The notes under the pieces were generated by a model. The model was not told the origin of the DNA and did not search any database. It worked only from the letters and a program-made list of their open reading frames with translations. DNA of 62,988 nt, counting the filler, from a bacterium (lineage in GTDB: Bacteria > UBA9089 > CG2-30-40-21 > SBAY01), in NCBI GenBank assembly GCA_040757115.1. It is 3 parts of 3 records of this genome, joined end to end, with 100 filler letters (N's around TTAATTAATTAA, not from the genome) between each part and the next. Parts side by side here need not be neighbours in the genome. Positions count along the whole stretch, not along the records: positions 1 to 21,265 come from JBFLYA010000050.1; 2 more parts are not named here. One strand, written 5' to 3'. Made by a program: the position numbers and the translations under genes. Within the stretch, counting starts at the first letter, position 1. Every line of letters starts with the position of its first letter. Of this stretch, positions 1 to 9,788 are shown piece by piece.

Positions 1-232
1 CCCGTTTACGCCAATATTCTATCTTTCCTTTACGAACATACCGATGCCTAGTTTTTCCATCTATAGACGCAGAAAGATAATAGACTAAAGGTGCATCCTT
101 TCTTAATCTGCGCGGTATAAATGATGCCGCTACCATAGGAGATCGCCCTATCGCTATCTCCTCAAATCTGTCTCTTTCCTTCTTTAAAATACTAATCTTC
201 TTGCGATGAATAGATATCTCTTCAAAATTCAT
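1..232 (-). CDS. Small basic protein, DUF6788-like (runs off the window)
   Basis: Manual translation from ATG 232: MNFEEISIHRKKISILKKERDRFEE...VYYLSASIDGKTRHRYVRKGK; open to the edge; consensus promoter directly upstream. Confidence 0.55.
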   Translation of the reverse strand, partial: MNFEEISIHRKKISILKKERDRFEEIAIGRSPMVAASFIPRRLRKDAPLVYYLSASIDGKTRHRYVRKGKIEYWRKR

Positions 233-239
233 AACACCT

Positions 240-268
240 ATTATATATATTAGGTGTTATTTTGTCAA
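240..268 (-). promoter_or_regulatory. Sigma70 promoter overlapped by a 10-bp inverted repeat
   Basis: Minus strand TTGACA-17-TATAAT, 7 nt before ATG; ATAACACCTA (231-240) / TAGGTGTTAT (251-260). Confidence 0.75.
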
Positions 269-389
269 GAAAAAAAATAATAAAATCTAAATTTTTTATT
301 ACTTTGTTACCCTACTTCTATCTAACACTCTATCAACTCTACCTTTTATTGGTGTTATCCCTTATGTCTGAATTGAACTAATGACCCTT

Positions 390-561
390 GTAATGGGTCA
401 GCTATCGGTGGTAAAAGATATTCCTCTCGCAAAGACGCAAAGAACATAAAGTAGTCAGAAATTCCAAATTTCAAGCTGATTTGAAATTTCTTTGCGTTCT
501 TTGCGCCTTTGCGAGAAATTTAATCTTTGTTCCTTTCTCCCACCAATAACTAACGCCTTAC
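390..561. mobile_element. GTAA-ended miniature element with inverted 9-mer arms
   Basis: GTAATGGGTCAG...CTAACGCCTTAC ends; CTCGCAAAGACGCAAAG / CTTTGCGCCTTTGCGAG arms; related end at 41892-41963. Confidence 0.6.
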
Positions 562-580
562 TAAAAAATGTAATAAGGTC

Positions 581-609
581 TTGACAAAAGATTTAAATTA
601 TGATATTAT
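581..609 (+). promoter_or_regulatory. Sigma70 promoter of the SNF2 gene
   Basis: TTGACA-17-TATTAT with TG extension; GGAGG before ATG 636. Confidence 0.65.
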
Positions 610-635
610 AAAAAACAATAAACTGGAGGGAGATA

Positions 636-3410
636 ATGTCGGGGGTTGATATTTTTGAGAGATTAAAGAGGAAGAAGAAAATCTCTATTAAGAAAAAAAG
701 ACCTGCCTCTTCAATATTCTTTCAGTTACACTTCAATGAGATTGGTGCCTATATTACGGTTGTTGATAAGGATAGAAATGAGGTTGAACCAGATTTTGAA
801 TATTATACTGGTCGCACACACGATATATTGAAATCTATTGCCGCTATTAGAGATAAAAGTAACTTTCGAATTAACTGGGAAATCCCAGACAATAAAATCT
901 ATCTATCGGAACATGAATATCTTCTCTGGCAACTTCAACATTGTAACAATTTTGTTGATGCACAATTTAGACCGATTGGTTTTATGGACGGATTGGCAAA
1001 GATTGTTGTTTCTATTGAAGGGGAAGATACTTTAGCAATCAAAATCTTCCTTTTATATCAAGGTAAAGGCTTCAAAGAGTTTTCGTTCTTAAATGAGAAT
1101 TATGTCTTTGCCGAAGGTAATATCTATAAAATCCCACCCGTTGGTGAAAATTTCAAGGAACTTCACCTCTTTCAAACATCCCTGCTGCCAATGAATCTTG
1201 AGAAGTATCTTTCCTTGCTTTACTCCTATTTTGAAAATATCTTCATAGATTACCAGGATTACAAACAGATAGAAGGAGAGATTAAAGAAAGTCAGCCAAC
1301 ACTCATCTTTGAAAAAATAGATGCGGATAATTCTTTGTATATCAGACTTACTACCTCTTTGCCTGGATTTGATGCAGATTTTTTTGATAATTATGATATT
1401 ACCAGAATTGCCGCGCTTAATGTGTTAGAGAAAAAGATTATTATTAGTGATATTACCTCTGAAGAGATTCATTTCACTATGGATGAGATTGAAACAGCCT
1501 TAAAAAGGTATCGGAAATCGGTTGCTGACAAAAATGACTATTTTGTCGAAGATAACCTCTTCATCATCGAAGAATCATTAGCCAGGGAGTTCATCTATAA
1601 TGAATTGGGACACTTTATTACTCGATTTGTCATCCTGGGGGCTGAAAAACTCAAGTCTTATAATATTCGACCTGTGAGCCCAAAACTTACTTTCTCATTA
1701 TCACACGGTATCGATTTCCTTGAGGGGGATGTTAATTTAGAGGTAGAAGGAGAAAATTTCTCTCTTTTTGATGCCTTAACTCAATATAAAAAGAACTCTT
1801 ATATCTTATTAAGCGATGGGACTTGTGCCATAATTAATAAGCATTACATTGAGAAATTAAAACGGGTATTCAAAAAGCAAAAGGATAAAGTCAGGGTCTC
1901 TTTTTTTGACCTGCCAATTGTCGAAGAGATGATTGATGAAAAGGTCGCCGCTGAATCTCTTAAGTGGTCAAGAGAGATATTTTTAGGCTTCAATAGGCTT
2001 GAAGAATCAAGATATAAGTTTCCGCAGTTAAATGAAGAGCTTCGAGGGTATCAAAAGCAAGGTTATAAATGGATAAGATACCTCCATCAACATAGCCTTG
2101 GTGGATGTCTGGCTGATGATATGGGGCTTGGTAAAACGGTGCAAGCAATTGCCTTGCTATCTTTTATCTATCCAGATGAAAAGAAGCCTTCCTTGATTAT
2201 TATGCCAAAGACATTACTTTTTAACTGGGCAAATGAGATAAATAAATTCAATCCTCAATTATCATATTATCTCTATCACGGCAATAACCGCAATTTAGAG
2301 GAAGCCAAAAAGAGTAATCTTATCCTGACTACTTATGCGATGGTTCGTAATGATATTGAGCAATTTAAAGAAGAGGAATTTTATTACATCATCCTTGATG
2401 AATCACAGAATATAAAGAATATCAATTCCCAGATTTCAAAAGCAGTAATGCTTCTTTCGTCCAAACATCGGCTTGCCTTAAGTGGGACACCGATTGAAAA
2501 TAACCTATCTGAACTCTATTCACTCTTTCGGTTTCTCAACCCTTCTATGTTTAGTTCGATTGATGATTTTAATCAGTCATACATCATTCCCATTCAGAAG
2601 GAAAATGACAAAGATGTCCTGTATGAATTGAAGAAGAAGATATATCCCTTTGTGTTGAGGCGTCTAAAAAAAGAGGTGTTAAAAGACCTACCTGACAAGA
2701 TTGAGCAGATACTATTTGTCGATATGAGCCAGGAACAACAGATTTTTTATGAAAATAGGCGTCGTTTTTATTATCAAACAGTAAAGACTCAAATTGCCCA
2801 GAGTGGGCTTGAAAAGTCTCAGTTTTTTATCTTTCAGGCATTAAGCGAACTGCGTCAGATTGCCTCTATCCCGGAATCTAAAAGCCAGATGCAAATAATC
2901 TCTCCCAAGCGTGAAGCACTTTTAGACAATATCATGGATGTGGTTGCCAATGACCATAAAGTTTTACTCTTTGCCAATTTCTTAGATGTAATTGATTGTG
3001 TTTCAGCTGACCTTGAAAAAGCGGGCATTGAGTATTTGACAATGACAGGTGCTACCAAAGATAGAAAGCAACTTGTAGAGGCATTCCAGAATGATGATAC
3101 CTACAAGGTATTCTTAATGACCCTGAAGACAGGTGGATTGGGACTTAATTTGACCGCGGCTGACTATATCTTTATCTTTGACCCATGGTGGAATAAAGCC
3201 GCAGAAGAACAGGCGATTGATAGAACCCACCGTATCGGGCAGGATAAAACGGTATTCAGTTATAAACTAATAACCAAAGGAACGATTGAAGAGAAGATAC
3301 TGGAATTGCAAAAGAGAAAAAAGGTGCTTTTTGAGTCTTTGATTTCAAGTGATGGATTGGCACTGAAAACCCTGGATAATCAAGATATAGAGTTTGTATT
3401 AGGAGAGTAG
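636..3410 (+). CDS. SNF2-family helicase/ATPase
   Basis: LADDMGLGKT, ILDESQ, LSGTPIENN, GGLGLNLT, DPWWN, QAIDRTHRIGQ motifs. Confidence 0.93.
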   Translation: MSGVDIFERLKRKKKISIKKKRPASSIFFQLHFNEIGAYITVVDKDRNEVEPDFEYYTGRTHDILKSIAAIRDKSNFRINWEIPDNKIYLSEHEYLLWQLQHCNNFVDAQFRPIGFMDGLAKIVVSIEGEDTLAIKIFLLYQGKGFKEFSFLNENYVFAEGNIYKIPPVGENFKELHLFQTSLLPMNLEKYLSLLYSYFENIFIDYQDYKQIEGEIKESQPTLIFEKIDADNSLYIRLTTSLPGFDADFFDNYDITRIAALNVLEKKIIISDITSEEIHFTMDEIETALKRYRKSVADKNDYFVEDNLFIIEESLAREFIYNELGHFITRFVILGAEKLKSYNIRPVSPKLTFSLSHGIDFLEGDVNLEVEGENFSLFDALTQYKKNSYILLSDGTCAIINKHYIEKLKRVFKKQKDKVRVSFFDLPIVEEMIDEKVAAESLKWSREIFLGFNRLEESRYKFPQLNEELRGYQKQGYKWIRYLHQHSLGGCLADDMGLGKTVQAIALLSFIYPDEKKPSLIIMPKTLLFNWANEINKFNPQLSYYLYHGNNRNLEEAKKSNLILTTYAMVRNDIEQFKEEEFYYIILDESQNIKNINSQISKAVMLLSSKHRLALSGTPIENNLSELYSLFRFLNPSMFSSIDDFNQSYIIPIQKENDKDVLYELKKKIYPFVLRRLKKEVLKDLPDKIEQILFVDMSQEQQIFYENRRRFYYQTVKTQIAQSGLEKSQFFIFQALSELRQIASIPESKSQMQIISPKREALLDNIMDVVANDHKVLLFANFLDVIDCVSADLEKAGIEYLTMTGATKDRKQLVEAFQNDDTYKVFLMTLKTGGLGLNLTAADYIFIFDPWWNKAAEEQAIDRTHRIGQDKTVFSYKLITKGTIEEKILELQKRKKVLFESLISSDGLALKTLDNQDIEFVLGE

Positions 3411-3625
3411 AGAGAATTGGAGGGAATATTGTAAATTCATTTGACAGGCAAAAAGTTAGATGGTAAAATACTGACAACGGACAGACAGAAAATCTGACCA
3501 GACATTTTATGGCTTGAGTTGTAAGGACAGAAATTATAGCGGTTATTAACCTGGAAGTCTACATAGGCTAGAGTTTCGTGATTTTTAGAAGATTGAAATC
3601 CCTTGAAAACACAAGGAAGAGGAAT

Positions 3626-3994
3626 TATTGCAAAGTTATGGCTAAACCATGAGTTGCAAAAAATAGTGAGTGAATTACAAAATTCCAAATCACAAATTAC
3701 AAATTACAAATAAATTCCAATGACCAAAAATCAAAATTCCAAACAAAAGAAAGAGAAGTGCTTTTCAATGAGGCAATAGAATTAAAGAAGAGTTATATTC
3801 CCCTCTTGAGAGGGGTTAGGGGTGTATCCTTCAATTATTGAAAAACCTAAATCTGACATTATTGAGTAAAATATTCAACTCCCTTTAACAAAATTGACAA
3901 AGCAATAGGTTTTGGAATTTGGTGTTTGGAATTTATTTGGAATTTGGTATTTGAAATTTGGAATTTATATTGCAAGGTTATGGTTAAACCATGA
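3626..3994. mobile_element. Heptamer-hairpin cassette with four-helix-bundle remnant between 27-bp direct repeats
   Basis: TATTGCAA(A/G)GTTATGG(C/T)TAAACCATGA at 3626-3652 and 3968-3994; AAATTCC/AAATTAC arrays versus GGAATTT arrays; remnant LFNEAIELKK...SIIEK. Confidence 0.6.
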
Positions 3995-4148
3995 TGAATA
4001 AATTCACGAAACTCCAGTTTCTCCAAAATGTCAAAAAATACAAAAAGATGGCAAGAAATGAGGTAACACAATGCCAGGGACCATAGATATAACTTTATGT
4101 CCTACGCAACGCTCTCCCCAGATATGGGTAAGTTTCAGAATATTTCTC

Positions 4149-4177
4149 TTGACAAATAATTTTTATGCTGTTATAAT
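4149..4177 (+). promoter_or_regulatory. Sigma70 promoter
   Basis: TTGACA-17-TATAAT with TG extension. Confidence 0.75.
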
Positions 4178-4217
4178 GCATAAAAAAGAAAAAAATTGTG
4201 TATTAGGAAATTAAACT

Positions 4218-5504
4218 ATGGAACTTAAAGATATAAAACAGATCTTAATTGACCAAAAAGAAGAATTAGAAGATTCCTTAAAAGGGAAAAAGATTATTGA
4301 AAGAGAGGTTTTAGGGGAATATAAAAAATTTCTAAAATCTTCTTTAATCAAAATAATCACTGGACCCAGAAGAGCTGGGAAATCAGTTTTGGGCTATGAG
4401 ATGTTAAAAGATAAAAATTTTGCCTATGTAAATTTTGATGATGAACGGCTTTTTACTTTAGAAACTAAAGACCTGAATTTACTTCTTCAGACAATTTATG
4501 AAATATATCAAAAACCCGATTTTATCTTTCTTGATGAAATCCAGAATGTTAATAATTGGGAACTTTTTGTAAACCGGTTGAAAAGAAGAGGATTTAATTT
4601 AATCATAACTGGCAGTAACGCCAGGATGTTGAGTAAAGAATTGGCTACTCATCTTACGGGAAGATATTTTTCCTTGGAACTTTATCCATTTTCTTTTCGT
4701 GAATATTTATATTTTAATAATTTTGACTATCAAAAAAAGGACATTAGCACAAAAGATACGGCTTCGATAAGAAGATTCTGGGAGAACTATTTATCCTCTG
4801 GAGGATTTCCTGAGGTTATTCAAGGTGAATATTATAAGAAATATCTTATTTCGCTATATTCAACAGTTATAACCAAAGATGTAATTATAAGACATAACAT
4901 AAAATATATAAATACCTTAAAGGAATTTGCAAATTATTTAATTTCTAACTTTGCCCGCCAGATTACTTTTAATAAACTTAAAAATATCTTCTCTTTAAAA
5001 AGTGTTCATACGGCAAAAAACTACTTTTCTTTTATTGAGGAATCATATTTAATCTTCCAAATTGAGAGATTTTCCTATAAAAGTAAGGAAAGGTTAACTG
5101 CACCAAGAAAAATTTATGCAGTTGACACAGGGCTGATAAATGCTTTGTCCACAAAATTTTCTCAAGAAATAGGAAAAATTTATGAGAATGTTGTAGCAAT
5201 TGAACTAATGAGAAGAAAGTTTCTTAATCCCAAGGAAGATATCTATTATTGGCAGAATTCTTATAATTATGAGGTTGATTTTGTAATTAAAGAAGAATTA
5301 AAGGTTAAGCAGTTAATTCAGGTTTGTTATGACATCAAGAATTACGATACCAGAAAAAGAGAGATTAACTCCTTACTTAAGGCAAGTGGAAATCTAAAAT
5401 GCAACGATTTACTAATTTTGACTGATGATGTAGAAGAAAAAGAAAAGGTTAAGGGTAAAATAATAACCTTCATCCCATTATGGAAATGGATAATTTGCCA
5501 TTAA
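4218..5504 (+). CDS. AAA_14 / DUF4143 ATP-binding protein
   Basis: GPRRAGKS, FLDEIQ, TGSNA, GGFPE, KIYAVDTGL, YENVV, EVDFV motifs. Confidence 0.9.
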   Translation: MELKDIKQILIDQKEELEDSLKGKKIIEREVLGEYKKFLKSSLIKIITGPRRAGKSVLGYEMLKDKNFAYVNFDDERLFTLETKDLNLLLQTIYEIYQKPDFIFLDEIQNVNNWELFVNRLKRRGFNLIITGSNARMLSKELATHLTGRYFSLELYPFSFREYLYFNNFDYQKKDISTKDTASIRRFWENYLSSGGFPEVIQGEYYKKYLISLYSTVITKDVIIRHNIKYINTLKEFANYLISNFARQITFNKLKNIFSLKSVHTAKNYFSFIEESYLIFQIERFSYKSKERLTAPRKIYAVDTGLINALSTKFSQEIGKIYENVVAIELMRRKFLNPKEDIYYWQNSYNYEVDFVIKEELKVKQLIQVCYDIKNYDTRKREINSLLKASGNLKCNDLLILTDDVEEKEKVKGKIITFIPLWKWIICH

Positions 5505-5599
5505 AACCCGGGTAAAACTATTAAATTGATTTTGTGAGCATATAGTGTCAAAACTTATTTTTTGAAAGTATGAAGTTGGGTTATTGAAAGGTTTAACTA

Positions 5600-5848
5600 A
5601 TGAAAATTATTGCTGACAAAAGACTATTTTGGTTTTTAAAAGAGGGAACAAACTTTGATCTTTCACAACCCTCTGTGTTAGATATGTATGTCCAGCAGAT
5701 AATTACCAGAGGTAGAACAGAAGACATCAAGGAACTCTTAAAGTTGCTCAACCTCAAGGAGTTGCAAACGGTATTGGAAAGAATAAAGCATTTTATCACT
5801 GATGAGGTAAGAAGATTTTGGGAGGATTTTATTAAGGATGATAAATAA
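5600..5848 (+). CDS. Small antitoxin-like protein (DUF6922-like), coupled to a nucleotidyltransferase toxin stub
   Basis: 82 aa with LFWF, YVQQIITRG and RRFW; stop overlaps the next ATG at 5838. Confidence 0.55.
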   Translation: MKIIADKRLFWFLKEGTNFDLSQPSVLDMYVQQIITRGRTEDIKELLKLLNLKELQTVLERIKHFITDEVRRFWEDFIKDDK

Positions 5849-5906
5849 TCTTCAAAGGGCAATACTTTTGGAATTTGGCAAAATCCCAGAGAGTGAAGAT
5901 TTTTAA
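5838..5906 (+). pseudogene. Truncated AbiEii/AbiGii-type nucleotidyltransferase
   Basis: MINNLQRAILLEFGKIPESEDF* stops where FYLTGGTAL would be expected, at a dispersed repeat also found at 19554 and 41367. Confidence 0.5.
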
Positions 5907-5991
5907 CTGATAGGAAATTGCTTTTCGGCTCTTTGGGAGTGTCTGGTAATAAAAGATTAAACTACCAATTTCCCCATTTCACAGCCCCGTT

Positions 5992-6319
5992 ACGGATGTC
6001 ACTACTGTGATTCAGACAGTAGACTATAGACATCAGATCTCAGACTAAAGCGGGCAGAAATTGCAGAAGAATGAAGGCTTGGGAGACCTGCCTATACTTC
6101 TGCTGGAAGAGTTGAAAGAGTAGAAAGAGTTGGAAGTGTTGGATGAGTTGAAGGAGTTTCTTCACTGACACTGACACTGTCACTGACATAGGTAAGGCTT
6201 AGGAAAAATTCAGGGAGTGAAGTTTTGAGGATAGTTTCCCAAATGTCACTAATTTCCTGCATAAATAGAGTCTATAGTCTTGTGTCTGATGTCCAGTGTC
6301 TGAATCACGGATGTCACTA
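5992..6319. repeat. Composite hairpin repeat
   Basis: ACGGATGTCACTA at both ends; GTGATTCAGAC/GTCTGAATCAC inverted ends; 7-mer, 9-mer (GAGTTGAAA-like) and 6-mer (CTGACA) arrays. Confidence 0.6.
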
Positions 6320-6327
6320 AAAAAAAG

Positions 6328-6356
6328 TTGACAAAAGTAAAGAGAAAAGATATAAT
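6328..6356 (+). promoter_or_regulatory. Sigma70 promoter of the topA operon
   Basis: TTGACA-17-TATAAT, 14 nt before ATG. Confidence 0.75.
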
Positions 6357-6370
6357 AATCCCCAACAACA

Positions 6371-8767
6371 ATGATGAAATCTTTAATTATCGTCGAATCA
6401 CCGGCAAAAACAAGAACTATAAATAAATATTTAGGTGCAGAATTTAAGGTTGCCTCATCTATGGGACATATAAAAGACTTGCCAAGAGATGCACTTGGCG
6501 TAGATGTTACAGATAACTTCAAACCAAAATATGTCGTTATCCCTGACCGAAGAAAAATACTAAAAGAACTCAAAGAGTTTGCCTTGAAAATGGACAATAT
6601 CTATTTAGCCACTGACCCTGACCGTGAAGGAGAGGCAATATCATGGCATTTATCCCACGAATTAAATGCCAGGCAGATATATCGACTTACCTTTAATGAA
6701 ATTACTAAACCCGCTATCTTAGAGGCATTAAAACATCCTGGTAAAATTGATAACAATAAGGTTGATGCCCAGCAGGCGAGAAGAATACTGGATAGATTGG
6801 TTGGGTATCTTATTAGCCCAATATTAAATAAAAATGTGCAAAAAGGGTTAAGCGCTGGCAGGGTGCAATCTGTGGCGGTTAGACTTATTTGTGAGCGAGA
6901 ACAGGAAATCGAGGCATTTGTTCCGGAAGAATACTGGTCTATCACCGCTAAACTACAAAAGGAAACTAAAGAGGTATTTAACGCAAAATTAGAGAAGATA
7001 GATGCCAAAAAGATAAAAATTCCGAATAAGGAGACATCTGAGCAAATCTTAACAGAACTAAAAGGTAAGGAATTCATTGTTGATAAGGTTATCAAGAAAG
7101 ATAAGCAACAAAATCCCGTTCCACCCTTTATTACTTCAACACTTCAACAAGAGGCGGCACGAAAACTAAACTTTAAGGCAAAAAAGACGATGCTCGTTGC
7201 CCAACAATTATATGAAGGTCTGGATGTTGGTGAAGAATCGCCAGTTGGAATTATAACCTATATGCGAACGGATGCCGTAAGAGTATCTACAGAGGCACAA
7301 ACACAGGCAAGAGAGTATATTAAAAAGGAATTTGGCTCACAATATCTACCGCTAAAACCGCCTCAATACAAAAGTAAAAAATCAGCTCAAGAGGCACATG
7401 AGGCGATTCGTCCAACCTCTGTTTTCAGAAAACCAGATGAAATTAAAGAATATTTAACCCCAGACCAATACAGGTTATATAAACTCATCTGGACCCGATT
7501 TATTGCCTCACAGATGACAGCGGCTTTATTAGAAGTTACAAGGGTTGAGATTTTAGTTGAAAATAAATTTTTATTTGTCGCCACCGGCACAGTCGTCAAA
7601 TTCGATGGGTTTATGGCTGTATATACCGAAGGAAAAGACGAGGAAGAAGAAAAAGAGGATATTTTACCACAACTTAAAGAAAAAGAACGATTAATTTTAT
7701 TAGAATTAATTCCAAAACAACATTGGACTCAACCCCCGCCGCGATATACAGAGGCAACATTAGTTAAAGCACTGGAAGAAAAGGGTATTGGCAGACCAAG
7801 CACTTATGCGGCTATTATCAGCACTATCCAGGAAAGAAATTATGTTCGGCTGGAAGAGAAAAAATTCTTCCTGACAGAACTGGGTAAATTGGTTACACAA
7901 TTATTAATCAAAAGTTTTCCGGATATTTTAGATGTAGGATTTACCGCCCAATTAGAAGATAAACTCGATAAGATTGAAGAGGGGGAGGTGAACTGGATTG
8001 ATGTTTTGCAGAATTTCTACATTCCTTTTAAAAATTCCCTGAGTAAGGCACAGGAAGAAATGAGAAATGTGAAAAAAGAGCAGGAAAAAGTAACCTCAAT
8101 CTTATGTGAAAAATGTCATAAACCAATGGTTGTCAAAATTGGTAAACATGGGAAATTCTTAGCGTGCTCTGGATTCCCTAACTGCCGGAATATCAAAAAC
8201 ATTGAATTAAAAGAAAATGGTGAAATACAGGTAAAACAAGTTGAAGAAACAGAAATACTTTGTGATAAATGCCATAAACCAATGATAATTAAAGAAGGCA
8301 GGTATGGTAAATTTTTAGCCTGCTCCGGGTATCCAAAGTGTAAAAATCTGAAATCCCTTGAAAAAAAGGAAGAAAAACCACCAGTCATAACTGAGACAAA
8401 GTGTGAAAAATGCGGGGCAAATATGCTTTTACGAGAAGGTAAATATGGTAAATTTTTAGCCTGTAGTAATTATCCCAAATGTAAATTTACTCAATCTGTT
8501 AGTTCGGGCCTACTGTGTCCGACGGGCTGTGGCGGAGAATTGACGAGGAAAAGAAGTAAAAAGGGTTTTTTCTATGGCTGTTCTAATTATCCTAAGTGTG
8601 AATTTGCTACCTGGGGCAATCCAGTTGAGACAAAATGCCCTGAATGTGGATATATGGTTGTTGAAAAGAAAAGCAAAAGTGGTTTGAAAATATTAGCCTG
8701 CACACGCAAGGGATGTAATTATGAAGAAGATGTATCCACAGATTTCGCAGATTATAAAAGGAGATAA
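6371..8767 (+). CDS. topA: DNA topoisomerase I
   Basis: IVESPAK, ATDPDREGE, SAGRVQS, ITYMRTD, GIGRPSTYA; C-terminal C4 zinc ribbons. Confidence 0.97.
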   Translation: MMKSLIIVESPAKTRTINKYLGAEFKVASSMGHIKDLPRDALGVDVTDNFKPKYVVIPDRRKILKELKEFALKMDNIYLATDPDREGEAISWHLSHELNARQIYRLTFNEITKPAILEALKHPGKIDNNKVDAQQARRILDRLVGYLISPILNKNVQKGLSAGRVQSVAVRLICEREQEIEAFVPEEYWSITAKLQKETKEVFNAKLEKIDAKKIKIPNKETSEQILTELKGKEFIVDKVIKKDKQQNPVPPFITSTLQQEAARKLNFKAKKTMLVAQQLYEGLDVGEESPVGIITYMRTDAVRVSTEAQTQAREYIKKEFGSQYLPLKPPQYKSKKSAQEAHEAIRPTSVFRKPDEIKEYLTPDQYRLYKLIWTRFIASQMTAALLEVTRVEILVENKFLFVATGTVVKFDGFMAVYTEGKDEEEEKEDILPQLKEKERLILLELIPKQHWTQPPPRYTEATLVKALEEKGIGRPSTYAAIISTIQERNYVRLEEKKFFLTELGKLVTQLLIKSFPDILDVGFTAQLEDKLDKIEEGEVNWIDVLQNFYIPFKNSLSKAQEEMRNVKKEQEKVTSILCEKCHKPMVVKIGKHGKFLACSGFPNCRNIKNIELKENGEIQVKQVEETEILCDKCHKPMIIKEGRYGKFLACSGYPKCKNLKSLEKKEEKPPVITETKCEKCGANMLLREGKYGKFLACSNYPKCKFTQSVSSGLLCPTGCGGELTRKRSKKGFFYGCSNYPKCEFATWGNPVETKCPECGYMVVEKKSKSGLKILACTRKGCNYEEDVSTDFADYKRR

Positions 8768-8770
8768 AAT

Positions 8771-9643
8771 ATGCTCAAAAGTATGACGGGATATGGTGCT
8801 GGGAGTAATGAATATTTTAGTGTAGAAATTCAGGCGGTCAATCATAAATTTTCCGAGATAAAGATTTTAACACCTTCTTTTATGACTTTTCTTGAGAATA
8901 AAATTAAAGAATATGTCCAGGAAAAAGTCAACCGTGGAAAACTCTATATTCCTATCAACACAAAAAACAGCGTGACATCGTCTTTTAATAAATTTCAAAT
9001 AGACCATAATTTAGTAAAGGCATATTTGGATTCTTTCCGCCAGGTAGGTAAATCATTCCGATTAAAAGATGACCTTAAACTAAGCCATATCATTGGAATA
9101 AGTAATATTATCAGTAAAAATTCTGATATGGAAATAAAAGATAAATTATGGGAGTGGTTGAAGGAACCATTAAATAAAGCCGTTAAGGGATTATTATCAA
9201 CAAGAATAAGTGAAGGGAAAAAGATAGAGACTGAGTTAAAATTAAGAATTAACAACATAAAAGAATTAGTGGCAGAAATTGAAAAAAAAACACCACAGGT
9301 AATTTTAGAATATCAGGAGAAATTAAAAAATAGACTGTCCACACTAAAAATAGATAAAGAGTTTTTTGATGAAACCCGACTTTATCAAGAGATAGCTATT
9401 TTTGCGGATAAGTGTGATATTACTGAAGAATTAGTCCGACTAAAAAGCCATATTCAGCAATTTGATGATACATTAGCCGTAGATAAGCCAATAGGCAGAC
9501 AATTAGAGTTTTTAGCCCAGGAATTACATCGAGAGATAAATACCATTGGTTCTAAAACAGGGGATATAAAAATTATTCAGTTTGTCCTTCAGGCAAAAAA
9601 TGAATTAGAAAAGGTTCGTGAACAAATTCAAAATGTAGAGTAA
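8771..9643 (+). CDS. yicC: YicC/YloC family endoribonuclease
   Basis: SMTGYG, DITEELVRLKSH, RE-INTIGSK, EKVREQIQNVE. Confidence 0.93.
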   Translation: MLKSMTGYGAGSNEYFSVEIQAVNHKFSEIKILTPSFMTFLENKIKEYVQEKVNRGKLYIPINTKNSVTSSFNKFQIDHNLVKAYLDSFRQVGKSFRLKDDLKLSHIIGISNIISKNSDMEIKDKLWEWLKEPLNKAVKGLLSTRISEGKKIETELKLRINNIKELVAEIEKKTPQVILEYQEKLKNRLSTLKIDKEFFDETRLYQEIAIFADKCDITEELVRLKSHIQQFDDTLAVDKPIGRQLEFLAQELHREINTIGSKTGDIKIIQFVLQAKNELEKVREQIQNVE

Positions 9644-9655
9644 GCATAATGGTAG

Positions 9656-9754
9656 AAAGTTTATAGTTGATAGTTTATAGTTGATAGTTGAAGGACTATA
9701 GACTATAAACTATAAACCATAAACTATAAACGAGTTCCTGGTTTTGCAGAACCC
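9656..9754. repeat. Empty heptamer hairpin plus collapsed TA-type element
   Basis: GTTTATA/GTTGATA then CTATAAA arrays; inverted near-copy at 62793-62876; GAGTTC...TTTTGCAGAACCC at 9732-9754. Confidence 0.65.
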
Positions 9755-9788
9755 TAAAGTCATCATCAAAGAGGAGGAAAATATTTCT

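Noticed and set aside
3441-3530. Orphan promoter TTGACA-17-TAAAAT as evidence for an sRNA
   Set aside because: Only repeat debris follows, with no terminator or structure to define a transcript
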